Source: a plasmid
Sequence record: NZ_CP118918.1
Length of the DNA stretch: 64,000 nucleotides
Direction: 5' to 3' (one strand)
Shown here: one piece after another, positions 44,177 through 55,392 of the stretch
How positions within the stretch are numbered: the first letter of the stretch is position 1
How the letters are laid out: each line of letters begins with the position of its first letter
The notes under the pieces: generated by a model
Told to the model about the DNA's origin: nothing
What the model saw: only the letters and a program-made list of their open reading frames with translations
The model's database searches: none
Program-made: the position numbers and the translations under genes

Positions 44177-47100
44177 CTACTTGGAAGACCAGGCATCAAT
44201 GACGAGTCTGCCGCTGGCAGTGAGCTCTTCGAGCCAGGCGAGGGCTTGATCTTCGTCGTCGTTACCCGATTGGGTGCGGTAGACATCAAGCAGGGCTCGG
44301 TTGACCCCGGGAACTAATCGGGCCCCGTCTCCGCACACTCGCAGGTGCCTCTGTTCTTCTTCGATCATGCGCCAGACTTCGCGGGCGTCCTTCCTGATGC
44401 GATCCTGAACGAAGGCGCAGTTGTCTTCGGGTGCAGCGAAGTATGTGGGCCGTAGATCAACTACCCCGTTGGATTCTGCTTCCTCAAGTTCCTCTCGGTG
44501 AAGGAAGTCGACGTCCGGGTGGTCGCAACCGAAGTAGCAGAGTAGCGGCGCGGCGTCTGCGCTGTGGGCCCGGTCCTGGATCACGCCACGAAACGGTGCC
44601 AGTCCGGTGCCAGCGCTGATGACGATTGCCGGTTGATCATTCTCCAGACGGAAGTCATCTGAGCACGGCAGCACGCGGCCCAGCACCGTGTCTCCTTGTT
44701 GCAGTTGGCGCACATAGGTGGAGGCAGTTCCGCGATATGTTCCCTCGCCTGACAGGTGAGGGGCATCGACAGCGGCCACCATCAAGTCGATGTGGCCTGG
44801 CTGCGCGGCCGGTGACGACGACACGGAGTACCGCCGCGGAGCCAGTGCCGGCAGCATAGCGAGGAAGGTGTCAACGCCGAGCTCGACGGACCGATAGCTT
44901 TCGAGTAGATCCAGCAGCGACACTCGAGCGGTCGTGATTCTGGCAGCGAACTCGTCGGCGTCGTCGACGAGCTTCTGTAGCGCGGTGCGCTCGGGCGGGC
45001 ATGAGCACCGCGCGATCATTGTCTCGATCTGCTCGATCGTGGCTGGGCTCTGCAGTTCCACGTATCGACTGAAGACCTCGCCCAAGGTGATGGGTCGTTC
45101 GGTGGGGATGTGATCCGGGACCCGACCGTGACGGTGGAGGATCACCAGCTCGGTGAGGTCGGTGCCGAAGCGGCGTTGCACTCGTGCGATCAGTTCGGCC
45201 GGGTTCTGTGGAAGCAGTGCAAGGTGATCGGCGGTGCGATACGTCGTCCCTGCTGGTAGTTCGAGGCGAAGAAACATCTTCGATCGCCCCAGTGGGTGCG
45301 TGGTGTCGACCAGTTCATGGGCCGAGACGACCGTCATCGGTTCGAGACCGTGCCTGCTCTGCAGGTCCTGGTCCAACGACCACACTGCTGACTCGATGGT
45401 GAGGCCGGCGTCGTGTTCATCCGGCGGCTCGGCGGTGATGCCGTCACGAGGCAGGATCGTCGCCCACAGGTCGGTGTTCCAGCGTTCGACTTCTCCGGTG
45501 AAGTCGCCGGCGACGTCTGCGGCGCCGCGGTCGATGAGCCGGTGCCCGCCGGCGGCTGATAAGCGTGCGTCGATCGTGGCGGGGACGTGTTGGTACGTGG
45601 CAGCCCAGTTGCGGTCACCGACTCCGAGGACTGCGTATCGCAGTCCGTCGAGGGAGCCAGGGGTCACGAATTCCAGCCAGGGCAGGAATTCATCGGCGTC
45701 GTCGGTGGGCTTGCCGTTGTAGGACGATGCCACCACCAGTACCACCGAGTCCGAACGCAATTGCCCGACCGCATCGTTCAAGGAACCCAGCGTTGCGTTG
45801 TAGCCGGCTTGTGTGGCGCGGTCGGTGATATCCCGGGCCAGTCGTGCCGATGTGCCCAAATTGGACCCGTGCAGCACCGTGAGCGTGGTTCCCAGCTCGA
45901 CTGCGTTGCCGGGCTGCGCCACCACAGTGCTGGCGTGGCGCCCGGTGTCGGCCGGCTGAACGCTGCGATCAGCGGGTAGGCGGCGGGCCAGCTTCAGCGT
46001 CAGGCCGCCCGGTTTGATCGTCAAGGCTTCGGTGATCTTGAGTTGATAGTTGGAGTAGTCGTTGAGGCGGTACCGGTGAATGATCATGGCCAGGACAAGG
46101 GTTGCTTCGTGGAGCGCGAATTGCCGTCCAATACAGGCGCGTTCACCGTTGCCGAAGGGCTTGTAGAGGTGCATGGGTCGTGTGCTGACGTTTTCGGTGT
46201 TGAAGCGCTCGGGATCGAATGCTTCAACGCTGTCGCCCCATTCGGGTGAACGATGCAGAGGCGGGGTGAGGATCGTTATAACGTCGCCGCGTTTGACTGC
46301 GTAGCGTCCGCCGATGACAGTGTCTTCGAAGGGTTCGACAGCGTAGCCGGGAGCTGTTGGCCACAGCCGAAGAGTTTCATTGAGGATCTGCTGGACGTAG
46401 GTCAACCGTCCGATGTCGGTGTAGGACGGATCGATGTCGTCCGAGGTTCCCCACAAGGTATCGACTTCAGCTTGGGCGCGGGCCAGCACCGTTGGGTTCT
46501 TGGCGAGGTAGTAGAGAGCAAAAGACATGGCACCGCTGGTGGTTTCGTGTCCGGCGACCAGGAAGGTGATGACTTGGTTGCGGACGTTCTCCGGGTCCAG
46601 GCGTTGCCCGGTGTCTTTGTCAGCAGTGTTGAGCATGCGGCCGAGCAGGTCGTCGGTGTGGTTGTCGCCAGATTCGAGGCGCTGGCGCACAACGTCGTCC
46701 ACCACGTTGTGCATCAAAGCGATGTCGCGCTCGTACTGCTCGCCGCTTGTGCGTTTGAACGCGTTCATGATCGGCAGGGTCGCCGCCAGACCTTGCGCGT
46801 GGTGCAGCGCTCGGCTCATGGCTTCGACAAAGGGATGAGGGGTCTCTCGCTGGAACGATTCCAGGTCGAAACCGAATCCGCACAGGCCGATGGTGTCGAA
46901 GGTCAACCGCGTCATGTCCTCCGGTATCTCTACTACTGAGGCAGCGGCTGCGTAACGGTCCCACCGATCGAGGAGCTTTCGCGCGACATCGACCATTGTG
47001 GTGTGGTACTGGCTCATAGCCTCGAGCGAGAACGCGGGGAGCAGAATGTTGTGGGCCTTGCGCCAGTTGGGTTCATCGTTGAAAGCGGTGAACAGGCCGT

Positions 47101-47371
47101 CGCCGCCGATGTCGCGCAGCTGAACTAGCTCGGTGTAGACGCTCTTACAGAACCTGGCGGTGTCCGAGAGTTCGGCCACCAGGTCTCCGTCCGAGACGAC
47201 GATCGTGTTGGTGTTCGCGATCCTCAGCCGCATGATCGGTCCCAGTTCCTTGGCCTGGGCCATCATCCACTGCATGGGGTTCTCGCGCGGGACGCTGAAG
47301 GTGTGCCCAACCAGCGGTAGTCCTGGTGGCTCGGGGATAGAGCCGAAGTGAGCAACAGGTGAGGTGGTCAA
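44177..47371 (-). CDS. Self-sufficient cytochrome P450 fused to an FMN/FAD/NADPH reductase (CYP102/BM3-like)
   Basis: 1064 aa. Heme-binding loop FGNGERACIGRQFA and EXXR. The C-terminal half has flavodoxin-like and ferredoxin-NADP reductase-like segments. Confidence 0.9.
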   Translation of the reverse strand: MTTSPVAHFGSIPEPPGLPLVGHTFSVPRENPMQWMMAQAKELGPIMRLRIANTNTIVVSDGDLVAELSDTARFCKSVYTELVQLRDIGGDGLFTAFNDEPNWRKAHNILLPAFSLEAMSQYHTTMVDVARKLLDRWDRYAAAASVVEIPEDMTRLTFDTIGLCGFGFDLESFQRETPHPFVEAMSRALHHAQGLAATLPIMNAFKRTSGEQYERDIALMHNVVDDVVRQRLESGDNHTDDLLGRMLNTADKDTGQRLDPENVRNQVITFLVAGHETTSGAMSFALYYLAKNPTVLARAQAEVDTLWGTSDDIDPSYTDIGRLTYVQQILNETLRLWPTAPGYAVEPFEDTVIGGRYAVKRGDVITILTPPLHRSPEWGDSVEAFDPERFNTENVSTRPMHLYKPFGNGERACIGRQFALHEATLVLAMIIHRYRLNDYSNYQLKITEALTIKPGGLTLKLARRLPADRSVQPADTGRHASTVVAQPGNAVELGTTLTVLHGSNLGTSARLARDITDRATQAGYNATLGSLNDAVGQLRSDSVVLVVASSYNGKPTDDADEFLPWLEFVTPGSLDGLRYAVLGVGDRNWAATYQHVPATIDARLSAAGGHRLIDRGAADVAGDFTGEVERWNTDLWATILPRDGITAEPPDEHDAGLTIESAVWSLDQDLQSRHGLEPMTVVSAHELVDTTHPLGRSKMFLRLELPAGTTYRTADHLALLPQNPAELIARVQRRFGTDLTELVILHRHGRVPDHIPTERPITLGEVFSRYVELQSPATIEQIETMIARCSCPPERTALQKLVDDADEFAARITTARVSLLDLLESYRSVELGVDTFLAMLPALAPRRYSVSSSPAAQPGHIDLMVAAVDAPHLSGEGTYRGTASTYVRQLQQGDTVLGRVLPCSDDFRLENDQPAIVISAGTGLAPFRGVIQDRAHSADAAPLLCYFGCDHPDVDFLHREELEEAESNGVVDLRPTYFAAPEDNCAFVQDRIRKDAREVWRMIEEEQRHLRVCGDGARLVPGVNRALLDVYRTQSGNDDEDQALAWLEELTASGRLVIDAWSSK

Positions 47372-47483
47372 GATGGGTTCCTTTCCGTGGCGGGGGGCTC
47401 AGGCGTGGCGACGGGTCGATAATGTGAGAGCTATCGCGGGGAAGTACCGCGCCAGACGTTCTTTGTGGCCCGCTGCGGGTCTG

Positions 47484-48527
47484 TCAGGGTTTGACCAGGA
47501 TGCGGATCGGGTTGCCTTCGGGTTCCTTGAGCATGTCGATGCCTCGTTGCACGTCGTCCAGCGGCACGATCTGACTGATCGAGCGAGAAAGGTCGAGGCG
47601 TCCGCGTGAGACGAGTGTCGCCAGAGTGCCGATGTCCTCGTTGTGGTAGCCGAGGTGTCCGAGTACCTGTCGGTGCCCGAAGTTGAAGTCTGACGTCGAC
47701 CCGAGGGAGGGAGTGTCGGCGCTCATACCGACACCCACGAGTTTGCCTCCCACAGCTACGGCGGCAAGTGCCTGCTCGAACGTCGTGGTCACCCCCACTG
47801 CGTCGAAGCTGACGTTGAGGTTTTCGCCGTCAGTGGCGGCGGCGATCTTGGAGATCAGTTCAGGATCGCGGGCATCGAAGGCATAGTCGGCACCGAGATC
47901 CAGCGCGCGGTCGAGCACAGCCGGTTTGATGTCGACGGCGATGATGGGTGCGGCGCCGACCAGGCGGGCTAGTTGCACGATGTGTGTACCGACCCCGCCG
48001 ACACCCCAGACGCCGACGGACTCCCCGACGCGCACGTTGGCGGTCCGTACTACGGCGCCGAATGGTGTTGACACTGCATCGGCGAGGATCGCGGCGTGCT
48101 CGAGCGAGACGTTGTCAGGAATTCGTGTGAGCCCGATAGCTTGTGCGACAGTGTATTCGGCCCAGCCGCCGTCGTAGCCGAAGGCCATGATGCTGGGGCT
48201 CAGGCAGTTCGCGGCGTCGCCCCGCGCGCATTTCGCGCATGTCCCGCAGGTGCGGCCCGCGGCCACCACCACGCGGTCGCCCACCGCCCAGCCCGATACG
48301 TCGGGTCCGAGGGCAGCGATGGTGCCCGACGCTTCGTGCCCCTGGGTGATGACGGGGAGTTCGGCGGGGAACGTGCCGTCTAGCAGGCTGAGGTCAGAAT
48401 GGCAGATTCCGCAGAACGCGACTTTCACCAAAACCTCGCCGGGGCCCGCGATGGGGATGGCGACGTCTTCGATGACCACTGTGCCGGTGTCGGCGTAGAA
48501 GCGCTGCGCGCGCATTGAATCGTTCAT
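47484..48527 (-). CDS. Zinc-dependent alcohol dehydrogenase (MDR family)
   Basis: The ATG at 48527 has RBS AAGGAC. GHEASG, the Zn-ligand Cys cluster CGTCAKC, and the Rossmann motif GVWGVGGVG. Confidence 0.8.
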   Translation of the reverse strand: MNDSMRAQRFYADTGTVVIEDVAIPIAGPGEVLVKVAFCGICHSDLSLLDGTFPAELPVITQGHEASGTIAALGPDVSGWAVGDRVVVAAGRTCGTCAKCARGDAANCLSPSIMAFGYDGGWAEYTVAQAIGLTRIPDNVSLEHAAILADAVSTPFGAVVRTANVRVGESVGVWGVGGVGTHIVQLARLVGAAPIIAVDIKPAVLDRALDLGADYAFDARDPELISKIAAATDGENLNVSFDAVGVTTTFEQALAAVAVGGKLVGVGMSADTPSLGSTSDFNFGHRQVLGHLGYHNEDIGTLATLVSRGRLDLSRSISQIVPLDDVQRGIDMLKEPEGNPIRILVKP

Positions 48528-48597
48528 AACGTGTCCTTGTCGTAGCTGAGTTGATGGACGACAGCGAGTCGTCGTTGGGTGGACGCGCTCGAGATAC

Positions 48598-49281
48598 TCA
48601 GAGTCCGCGCCCGTCTGCGTAACGGCCGTCGCCGAGACTGAGCAGGTGTTTGCGGACAGCGACGCGTGCACGATGGAGTCGCGACATGACCGTTCCCAGA
48701 GGCACTCCCGCGATTCGGGCTATCTCTTTGTAGCGGAAGCCCTCGATGTCTGCGAGGTAGAGAACGAGGCGTTGCGGTTCTGTGAGTCCTTCTAGTGCGT
48801 TCTTGACGTCGTCGTCAGCGACGGTGTCGAGGGCGGCCTGTTCGGCGGACCGGGCCGATGGCCCGAGGCGTTGACCGCGAGTTGATTCCACATCGTTGAG
48901 GCCACCGGTGAGCAGTTCCTCGGGCCGACGCGCACGTGCGCGGTAAAAACTGATCCAGGTGTTGGACTGGATTCTCAGCAGCCAGGCTTTGATGTTTGTT
49001 CCGGGCTGAAACGTGGAGAAGCCGGCGAAAGCCTTGAGCATGGTTTCTTGCACCAGGTCCTCGGCGTCGGCGTGGTTCCGAGTCAGCCTGCGGGCCACGC
49101 GGAGAAGGTCGTTGACCAGCGGAAGGACCGCTTCAGCGAAGCGCGCAGACGCCCCCACAGTGCCGGCGGCCTCGTCGGCCGTTCTCCGGTGCGGATGATC
49201 GCTCACAGCACGAGTCGGGGAAAGAGCCTCTCGGACAACGGACTTCGTTGAGCTCTCGTATGCGTCGCGCGTCGTTGTCAT
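48598..49281 (-). CDS. ECF (sigma-70 family) RNA polymerase sigma factor
   Basis: 227 aa. Region 2: DAEDLVQETMLKAF. Region 4: LVLYLADIEGFRYKEIARIAGVPLGTVMSRLHRAR. Confidence 0.85.
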   Translation of the reverse strand: MTTTRDAYESSTKSVVREALSPTRAVSDHPHRRTADEAAGTVGASARFAEAVLPLVNDLLRVARRLTRNHADAEDLVQETMLKAFAGFSTFQPGTNIKAWLLRIQSNTWISFYRARARRPEELLTGGLNDVESTRGQRLGPSARSAEQAALDTVADDDVKNALEGLTEPQRLVLYLADIEGFRYKEIARIAGVPLGTVMSRLHRARVAVRKHLLSLGDGRYADGRGL

Positions 49282-49689
49282 TTCAGCTCGCCTTTACATG
49301 TGGAAGGAGCCTTGCAGTAAGCGGTCCGGACGACGGCGGTGCTTCGAGTGGCACGATGGCATGACCCCGGTCGATGACATCGCCCGCCCGCTGCTGTGGC
49401 TGTCGACGGTATGACCCGCACACCCAACTGATGCCCCAACTCGTGCGGATTGAAGGCCGACGGGCACCAGACGTTGTGCGCCTCGATGGTGTCGATGACC
49501 TCGCTGTTCTTCGAAGCAGCTGCAGCCCTCAGGCCGTGGTGCGGCGGGCAGTCGAGGATGCTGGCGGGGCTTTCCATGTCCTCAGCGACATCCCAAGCGG
49601 GCCTCTTCCACGTGTCAGCGCGATGCCTGCTCAAGGGGCTTGCTCCCCGCTGCGGGGTCTCGCTGTGGATTTCATCCCTGGACGAATAC

Positions 49690-51231
49690 TCACGAACGAC
49701 GTGACCCCCCCGTTTCGCAGTGGCTGGGGTCGGGGCGATGGTTTTCCGCAGTGGACGGGTCCTGTCCGGGCTGCGCGTGTTCGGTCCTGTGGAACTGCAG
49801 CACTCCGTCGTCGATGGCGCGGTGTCGCATCGTGATGACGTCTTCGATGTAGTTCATGCCTTGTCGCCATGGTGCGCGGGGCCCGCTGCTGGGCATGCGG
49901 TCGAGCGCCCGTTTGACGTAGCCGGCCTCGAAGTCGAACAGCGGCCGGCGCGGCATCGTCAGGTCATCGGGGTGCGGCACGCAGCTGGTGTAGCCGTGGC
50001 TGTCCATGAAATCGATGAGCCGACACAGGTACTGGCTGACCAGATCGGCCTTCAAGGTCCACGAGGAGTTGGTGTAGCCCAGCGTGTACACGAAGTTGGG
50101 GACGTCGCTGAGCATCATGCCCTTGTAAGCGAAGGCCTCGGCTACGTTCACCCGATTTCCGTTGACGCGGAGGTCGATGCCGCCGAAGAAGAGTAGGTCC
50201 AGTCCTGTTGCGGTGACCACGATGTCGGCTCGCAGTGTTGTGCCTGACGTCAGCCGTATGCCTACGTCGGTGAAGGTGTCGATGGTGTCGGTCACCACTG
50301 ACGCCCGTCCGGACTTCAGCGATCGGAACAGGTCGCCGTCTGGGGCCGCGCACAGCCGCTGATCCCACGGCTGGTAGCTGGGGGTGAAGTGCGCATCGAC
50401 GTCGGCTGCCGGCAAGTGTTCAGCGACGTTCTTGCGCACCATTGCTTTGATGATGCTCGGGCACCGGCGGCTCAACTCATACACGGCCCAGGCCGTGGCC
50501 ACGTTCTTCCATCGCGTGAGCCGATAGGACAACTGTGAACCCACGAGCCGACGCAGGGTGTTGGCGATGACGTCCTGGGAGGGGACGGACATGATGTAGG
50601 TGGGCGAGCGTTGCAGCATCGTCACGTGAGCCGCGGACTTCGCGAGGGCGGGCACCAGCGTCACGGCGGTCGCGCCGCTGCCGATGACCACGATGTCCCG
50701 GCCAGAGTGATCGAGGTCCTCAGGCCACTGCTGCGGATGGACTACCCGACCCTCAAAGGTATCGATGCCCTTCAGTTCAGGGGTGTAGCCGGCATCGTAG
50801 GAGTAGTAGCCCGAGCACATGACCAGGAATGAGCACTCGAAGAACCGGGTGGTTTCCCCCGCAATCACCTTGACCCGCCAGGTCGAGGTGGCTGCGGACC
50901 AGTCGGCGGCCACGACCCTGTGCCCGAACCGGATGTGGGCGTCGATGCCGCTCTCGGTTGCCGTGGATCTGATGTAGTCCAGAATGGAAGCGCCGTCGGC
51001 GATGGACTTGGCGGCGGTCCACGGCCGGAACCGGTAGCCCAGGGTGTGCATATCGGAGTCCGAGCGGATGCCGGGATACCGGAACAGATCCCACGTACCG
51101 CCGATCTGCGGGCGTGATTCCAGAATGGCGAAGCTACGATCCGGATGCGCAGACTTCAGGTGGTGGGCGGTGCCGATGCCTGACAGGCCGGCACCGACAA
51201 TCAAGATGTCGAGTCGCTCCGCGGTGCTCAT
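49690..51231 (-). CDS. Flavin-dependent Baeyer-Villiger-type monooxygenase (EthA-like)
   Basis: 513 aa. The N-terminal FAD site ILIVGAGLSGIG and a second dinucleotide site IVVIGSGATA give the overall class B FMO/BVMO architecture. Confidence 0.8.
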   Translation of the reverse strand: MSTAERLDILIVGAGLSGIGTAHHLKSAHPDRSFAILESRPQIGGTWDLFRYPGIRSDSDMHTLGYRFRPWTAAKSIADGASILDYIRSTATESGIDAHIRFGHRVVAADWSAATSTWRVKVIAGETTRFFECSFLVMCSGYYSYDAGYTPELKGIDTFEGRVVHPQQWPEDLDHSGRDIVVIGSGATAVTLVPALAKSAAHVTMLQRSPTYIMSVPSQDVIANTLRRLVGSQLSYRLTRWKNVATAWAVYELSRRCPSIIKAMVRKNVAEHLPAADVDAHFTPSYQPWDQRLCAAPDGDLFRSLKSGRASVVTDTIDTFTDVGIRLTSGTTLRADIVVTATGLDLLFFGGIDLRVNGNRVNVAEAFAYKGMMLSDVPNFVYTLGYTNSSWTLKADLVSQYLCRLIDFMDSHGYTSCVPHPDDLTMPRRPLFDFEAGYVKRALDRMPSSGPRAPWRQGMNYIEDVITMRHRAIDDGVLQFHRTEHAQPGQDPSTAENHRPDPSHCETGGSRRS

Positions 51232-52097
51232 CGGGCCATCACCGTGCCCAGCCGCTTCGCCGCACGCGAGCTGAGAGCCGCTTGCACCGCGGCAATGCCG
51301 ATGGGGTAGCGGGTCGGTGCCAGCCGGACCAGCGCGTCGATGACCTTGGCGTCGATGCCGACGAGGATCCGCGACTGTCCTCGCTCGACCCCTTCGACGA
51401 TGATGTCCGCCGCCGCCTCCGGCGTCGTCATCGCAAGCGCTTCGAACTCTTCGGCGATGTCATCCGGTGTTCGTCCCCACCCTTCCGTGTCCTCACGGAG
51501 ACGGCCGTTGCGGGCGATGTTGGTTTTGACCCCACCGGGGTGGATGGTGACCGCCCGGACGCCCGTGCCGCGCAACTCGTGACGCAGTGACTCCGTGAAT
51601 CCACGCACGGCGAACTTCGAGGCGCAGTAGGCGCTCTCGTTGCCGACTCCGATGAGACCGTAGACGCTGGAGGTGTTGACGATCGCGCCGGCGGACTGAC
51701 CTAGCAACTGTGGCAGGAAGGCGCGCGTGCCGTTCACAACGCCTCGGTAGTTGATCTCGTGCAGCCAGTCCTCGTCGTCGCTGACACCGTTGCGGATGCT
51801 CGCGCTCAGGGCGACGCCGGCGTTGTTGAAGACCGCTCCGATCGGCGCGGGCGCCCACGATGCCACCTGCGCGGCGAACTCACCCACCGCCGCGGCGTCG
51901 CGTACGTCCACCACGTGGGTCAGGCACGCGCCAGAGAGCATCGACAAGGTCTCCTTGAGGCCGACCTCGTCGACGTCGGCGATTGCGACGGGACATCCCG
52001 CTGTCGAGAGCCGGTGCGCCAGCGCCCGGCCGATGCCGGAGCCGGCGCCGGTGATGACCACGGTCCTGCCGGTCAGTGTCGTTCTGCGATTGAACAT
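51228..52097 (-). CDS. Short-chain dehydrogenase/reductase
   Basis: TGAGSGIG cofactor motif. NNAG. Catalytic YxxxK (YCASK). Its stop overlaps the BVMO start. Confidence 0.85.
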   Translation of the reverse strand: MFNRRTTLTGRTVVITGAGSGIGRALAHRLSTAGCPVAIADVDEVGLKETLSMLSGACLTHVVDVRDAAAVGEFAAQVASWAPAPIGAVFNNAGVALSASIRNGVSDDEDWLHEINYRGVVNGTRAFLPQLLGQSAGAIVNTSSVYGLIGVGNESAYCASKFAVRGFTESLRHELRGTGVRAVTIHPGGVKTNIARNGRLREDTEGWGRTPDDIAEEFEALAMTTPEAAADIIVEGVERGQSRILVGIDAKVIDALVRLAPTRYPIGIAAVQAALSSRAAKRLGTVMAR

Positions 52098-52268
52098 CGG
52101 TGTTCCTCTCCAGATGCGGACGCGGGCCGCGGTGACGTGTCGCTTTTCCGCTCGTGCGAGGCGCGTGACCCCAGTCGATCGTCGGTACTACGGAGTACCT
52201 ACCCCATGGGTACTCTAGAGTACCCATGGGCGTCAAGCGACGTTGTTCGGGGACGGAGAGGCTTGTTG

Positions 52269-52694
52269 ATGAATGAAGATGGGGTGCGATACCCGGGAAA
52301 CCCCGGTGCCCGGCGTTTGCGCCGGGCCACGGGGGCGCGGGCGGGGACAACTCCTCTGGGTTTGCTGAGCTGCGCGATTACCGCCGAGGTGGGGGCGTCG
52401 CTGGCTATGCAGGCAGCAGTGGAACACCCCTGGTGGTATCTGGTGGTCGTCCTCGGGTATGGCGTCGGGTTTGCACTTCTGGTGCGCATTCTGAAGTCGG
52501 GCACGGCGGTCGGGGTGGCGTACGGCATTTGGGCAGCCAGCGGCGTCGCCCTGACCGCCCTGTGCGCCGCCCTGCTGTTCGGCCACACACTCTCCGGCAC
52601 GTCGGTGGGCGGCATTGCCCTGATCGTCGTGGGGGTCGTTCTGGTCGAGTGGGGCGCGCAGGCTGGTCACCGGCGGATCGGCCAGGAGCTCTGA
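52269..52694 (+). CDS. SMR-family small multidrug resistance transporter subunit, first of a pair
   Basis: Four-TM SMR core with the conserved Glu in TM1 (ITAEVGASLAMQ). The N-terminal extension and exact start are uncertain. Confidence 0.6.
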   Translation: MNEDGVRYPGNPGARRLRRATGARAGTTPLGLLSCAITAEVGASLAMQAAVEHPWWYLVVVLGYGVGFALLVRILKSGTAVGVAYGIWAASGVALTALCAALLFGHTLSGTSVGGIALIVVGVVLVEWGAQAGHRRIGQEL

Positions 52695-53011
52695 TGCAGT
52701 GGTGGATTCTAGGATTCGCGATCCTCAGCGAGGTGAGCGCGACTCTGTGCCTCAAAATCGCCGTGGACCGCGGCCGTCCGTCGTGGTACTTGGTCGTGAT
52801 CCTCGGTTACGTGATCGCCTTTTCCTGCCTGGCCCGTAGCCTGTCGCTCGGCCTGCCAATCGGGATCGCCTATGGCGTGTGGGCGGCGTGCGGAGTGGCG
52901 CTAACAGCGATCTTCGCACGGCTGTTCCTGCGAGAGCCGCTGACGCGGACCATGGCATGCGGCATCTTGGTGATCGTTGTGGGGGTGTGGCTCGTGGAGG
53001 CGGGGCACTGA
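52694..53011 (+). CDS. SMR-family small multidrug resistance transporter subunit, second of a pair
   Basis: 105 aa. MQWWILGFAILSEVSATLCLKIA. Four TM helices. The ATG overlaps the upstream stop (TGATG). Confidence 0.7.
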   Translation: MQWWILGFAILSEVSATLCLKIAVDRGRPSWYLVVILGYVIAFSCLARSLSLGLPIGIAYGVWAACGVALTAIFARLFLREPLTRTMACGILVIVVGVWLVEAGH

Positions 53012-53031
53012 CGCATCTGACCGTGTGAGTC

Positions 53032-53652
53032 TCAGGTCGGTTGCGGCGTGTCGACGTCAAGTGACAGCAGTGCCGCCGTGCTGGCTATCGCCAGATCCAC
53101 TCCGTCGGCGATCCGGCCGGATGACTGCAGGATGTCGGCGACGAGTTCATTCAGCGCGCCTTGGACCATCATCGCGTGCAGCCGGGTGGCGGGTTCGATT
53201 CCGGCGCGCCGAAACTGCTCGTTGTCGGTCATGGTGGTGATGAGGGAGGCGAAGGCGTCGTTGCTCTGGCGGATCACCGGCTCGGCGATCTCTCCCAGGT
53301 AGGGGAGTTCGCGAATGGAGCACAGGTGGACCGCCGGCCACCGTTCGACATGAGCGAAATAGACGCGGATCGCCTTGTCCACCTGCGACTTCCACGACAG
53401 TCGCGGGTCTACCGCCGCACGCAGATCCGCGATCAGACTGGCGTTGACATCCTTCATCAGCGCCAAGAGGGCGTCGCCTTTGGTCCCGAAGACACGGTAG
53501 AAGGTCCGACGAGATGCCTTGGCCAGGCTGACCACGTCGGTAACAGCGGTCTTGCGGTAGCCCTTGACTTCGATGGACTGCGCCAGGGCTCGGATTAGGC
53601 GCTCGTGCGCGTCGACGGGGACTGAGCCCGGCAGAGGAGCGGAATGACTCAT
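53032..53652 (-). CDS. TetR-family transcriptional regulator
   Basis: The ATG at 53652 gives about 206 aa. HTH: YRKTAVTDVVSLAKASRRTFYRVFGTKGDAL. Confidence 0.75.
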   Translation of the reverse strand: MSHSAPLPGSVPVDAHERLIRALAQSIEVKGYRKTAVTDVVSLAKASRRTFYRVFGTKGDALLALMKDVNASLIADLRAAVDPRLSWKSQVDKAIRVYFAHVERWPAVHLCSIRELPYLGEIAEPVIRQSNDAFASLITTMTDNEQFRRAGIEPATRLHAMMVQGALNELVADILQSSGRIADGVDLAIASTAALLSLDVDTPQPT

Positions 53653-53785
53653 CGCTGCGCGCCTTTTCCCTACGACGCCAGCCATGGACGGATTGTAGCG
53701 AGTCTGGGCCGCCGCTCGGCGGCGCAGACTCGCCTCAGTGCAATCGTCATCGTGGGCGCGGTGATCAGACCGAGGGTCGCCGCAG

Positions 53786-55392
53786 CTAGCCCCGCAGGTC
53801 CTTGCGCAGTATTTTCCCGGACGCCGACTTCGGTATGGCGTCGATGAACTCCACCCGGCGCACCTTCTTGTACGGCGCGACGTTGTCGGCCACGAACGCC
53901 ATGACCTGTTCTTCGTCGACGGTGGCGCCGGACTGCTTGACGACAAACGCTTTCGGGATCTCCTCACCGTCAGCATCGGTGACACCGATGACGGCGGCAT
54001 CGGCGATGCCGGGATGGGTCAGCAGCAGGGCCTCGAGTTCGGCGGGCGGCACCTGATACCCCTTGTACTTGATCAGTTCCTTGAGCCGGTCGACGATGTA
54101 CACGCAACCAGTGGAGTCCACACACGCCATGTCGCCGGTGTGCAGGAACCCGTCGCCGTCGATGGTCTCGGAAGTCGCCTTGTCGTTGCCCAGATAGCCG
54201 GCCATCACATTGGGGCCGGAGAACCACAATTCGCCGGCCTCGCTACGACCCGACTCCGGAATGCCGATTTCGGCGCCGGTTTCCGGGTTGATGATCTTGC
54301 TGACGGCATTCGGCACGGTCCAGCCCACTGAGCTCAGGGGCGGGGTCACCCCGACGCTTTGCTCACCACCGTCGAAGGGCATGCAGTGGCTCACCGGGGA
54401 GAGTTCACTCATCCCGTAGCCCTGCACAACCCGGCAGCTGATCCGCTTGGCGACGGCATGGCCCAGATCCTCGTCCAGGGGTGCGGCGCCCGACATGACG
54501 ACCTTCAGTGACGACAGATCGAACTGGTCGATGACTGGGTGCTTGGCCAACGCGACCGCGACCGGCGGGGCGATGTAGCCAACGGTGCATCGGTGGTTCT
54601 CGATGTTGGTCAGGAACTTCTGCAGATCGAAGGACGGCATGATGACCAGCCGGGCCCGGGCGCGCAACGCGGCGTTGAGCAGAACTGTCATCCCGTAGAT
54701 GTGGAAGAACGGGAGCACGGCGATGATCACGTCATCGGCGGTGATCCCCTGGATGGAACTGAACTGTGCGACGTTGGCCACGAGGTTGCGATGGGTGAGC
54801 ATGACGCCCTTGGGATTGCCCGTTGTCCCGGAACTGTAGGGCAGGGCCGCCAGATGTGTCGCGGCGTCGAACGAGACCATGGGGGCGTCGGCGCCGCAGG
54901 CCAGCAGATCATCGACACTTAGATGCTTGGCCGCAGCGGCTTCGCCGGCGCCGTCGAGCACTACTACCTCGCTGGGGGACAGGCCGGCGTGCGCAGCGCC
55001 TTCGGCGGCCTGGGGCAGCAGTGCGGAGACGGTGATGAGCATCGTGGCGTGCGCGTCGGTCAACTGCGTGGCAATGTCCTTGGCGGTGAACAGCGCGTTG
55101 ATGGTGGTGGCCGTCGCCCCGGCGCGCAGGATGCCGTGGAACGCGACTGCGAAGCCCGAGCTGTTGGGGGAGAGCAGGCCCACGACGTCGCCGACACCGA
55201 TTCCGCGGTCCGCCAGACCCGCGGCGAAGGCGTCGATCCGGGTGATCAGACCCCGGTAGGTCAGCTCGGTGCCCGTCGGGGCGTCCACCAGCGCCACTCG
55301 ATTGGCATCGGCGTCTGATAATTCGCCGAACAGGTAGTCGTAGACACCGGTGTCCGGAATCTCGACCTCAGGGTATGGGCTGGCAAATGTCA
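53786..55392 (-). CDS. Acyl-CoA synthetase / AMP-dependent ligase (FadD or 4-coumarate-CoA-ligase-like)
   Basis: GTG at 55392 with RBS AAGGAG. AMP-binding signature YSSGTTGNPKGVMLTH. The motifs GYGMSE, TGDMACVD and the terminal SGKILRKDLR are present. Confidence 0.85.

Noticed and set aside
49278-49634. The 118-aa minus-strand ORF upstream of the ECF sigma gene as a possible anti-sigma factor
   Set aside because: Anti-sigma genes lie downstream of sigma genes. This ORF has low-complexity composition, no TM or zinc-finger anti-sigma features, and competing ORFs in other frames.
51759-52694. The 311-aa plus-strand ORF
   Set aside because: Only the last roughly 140 aa form the SMR transporter. 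The upstream part is antisense to the SDR gene.
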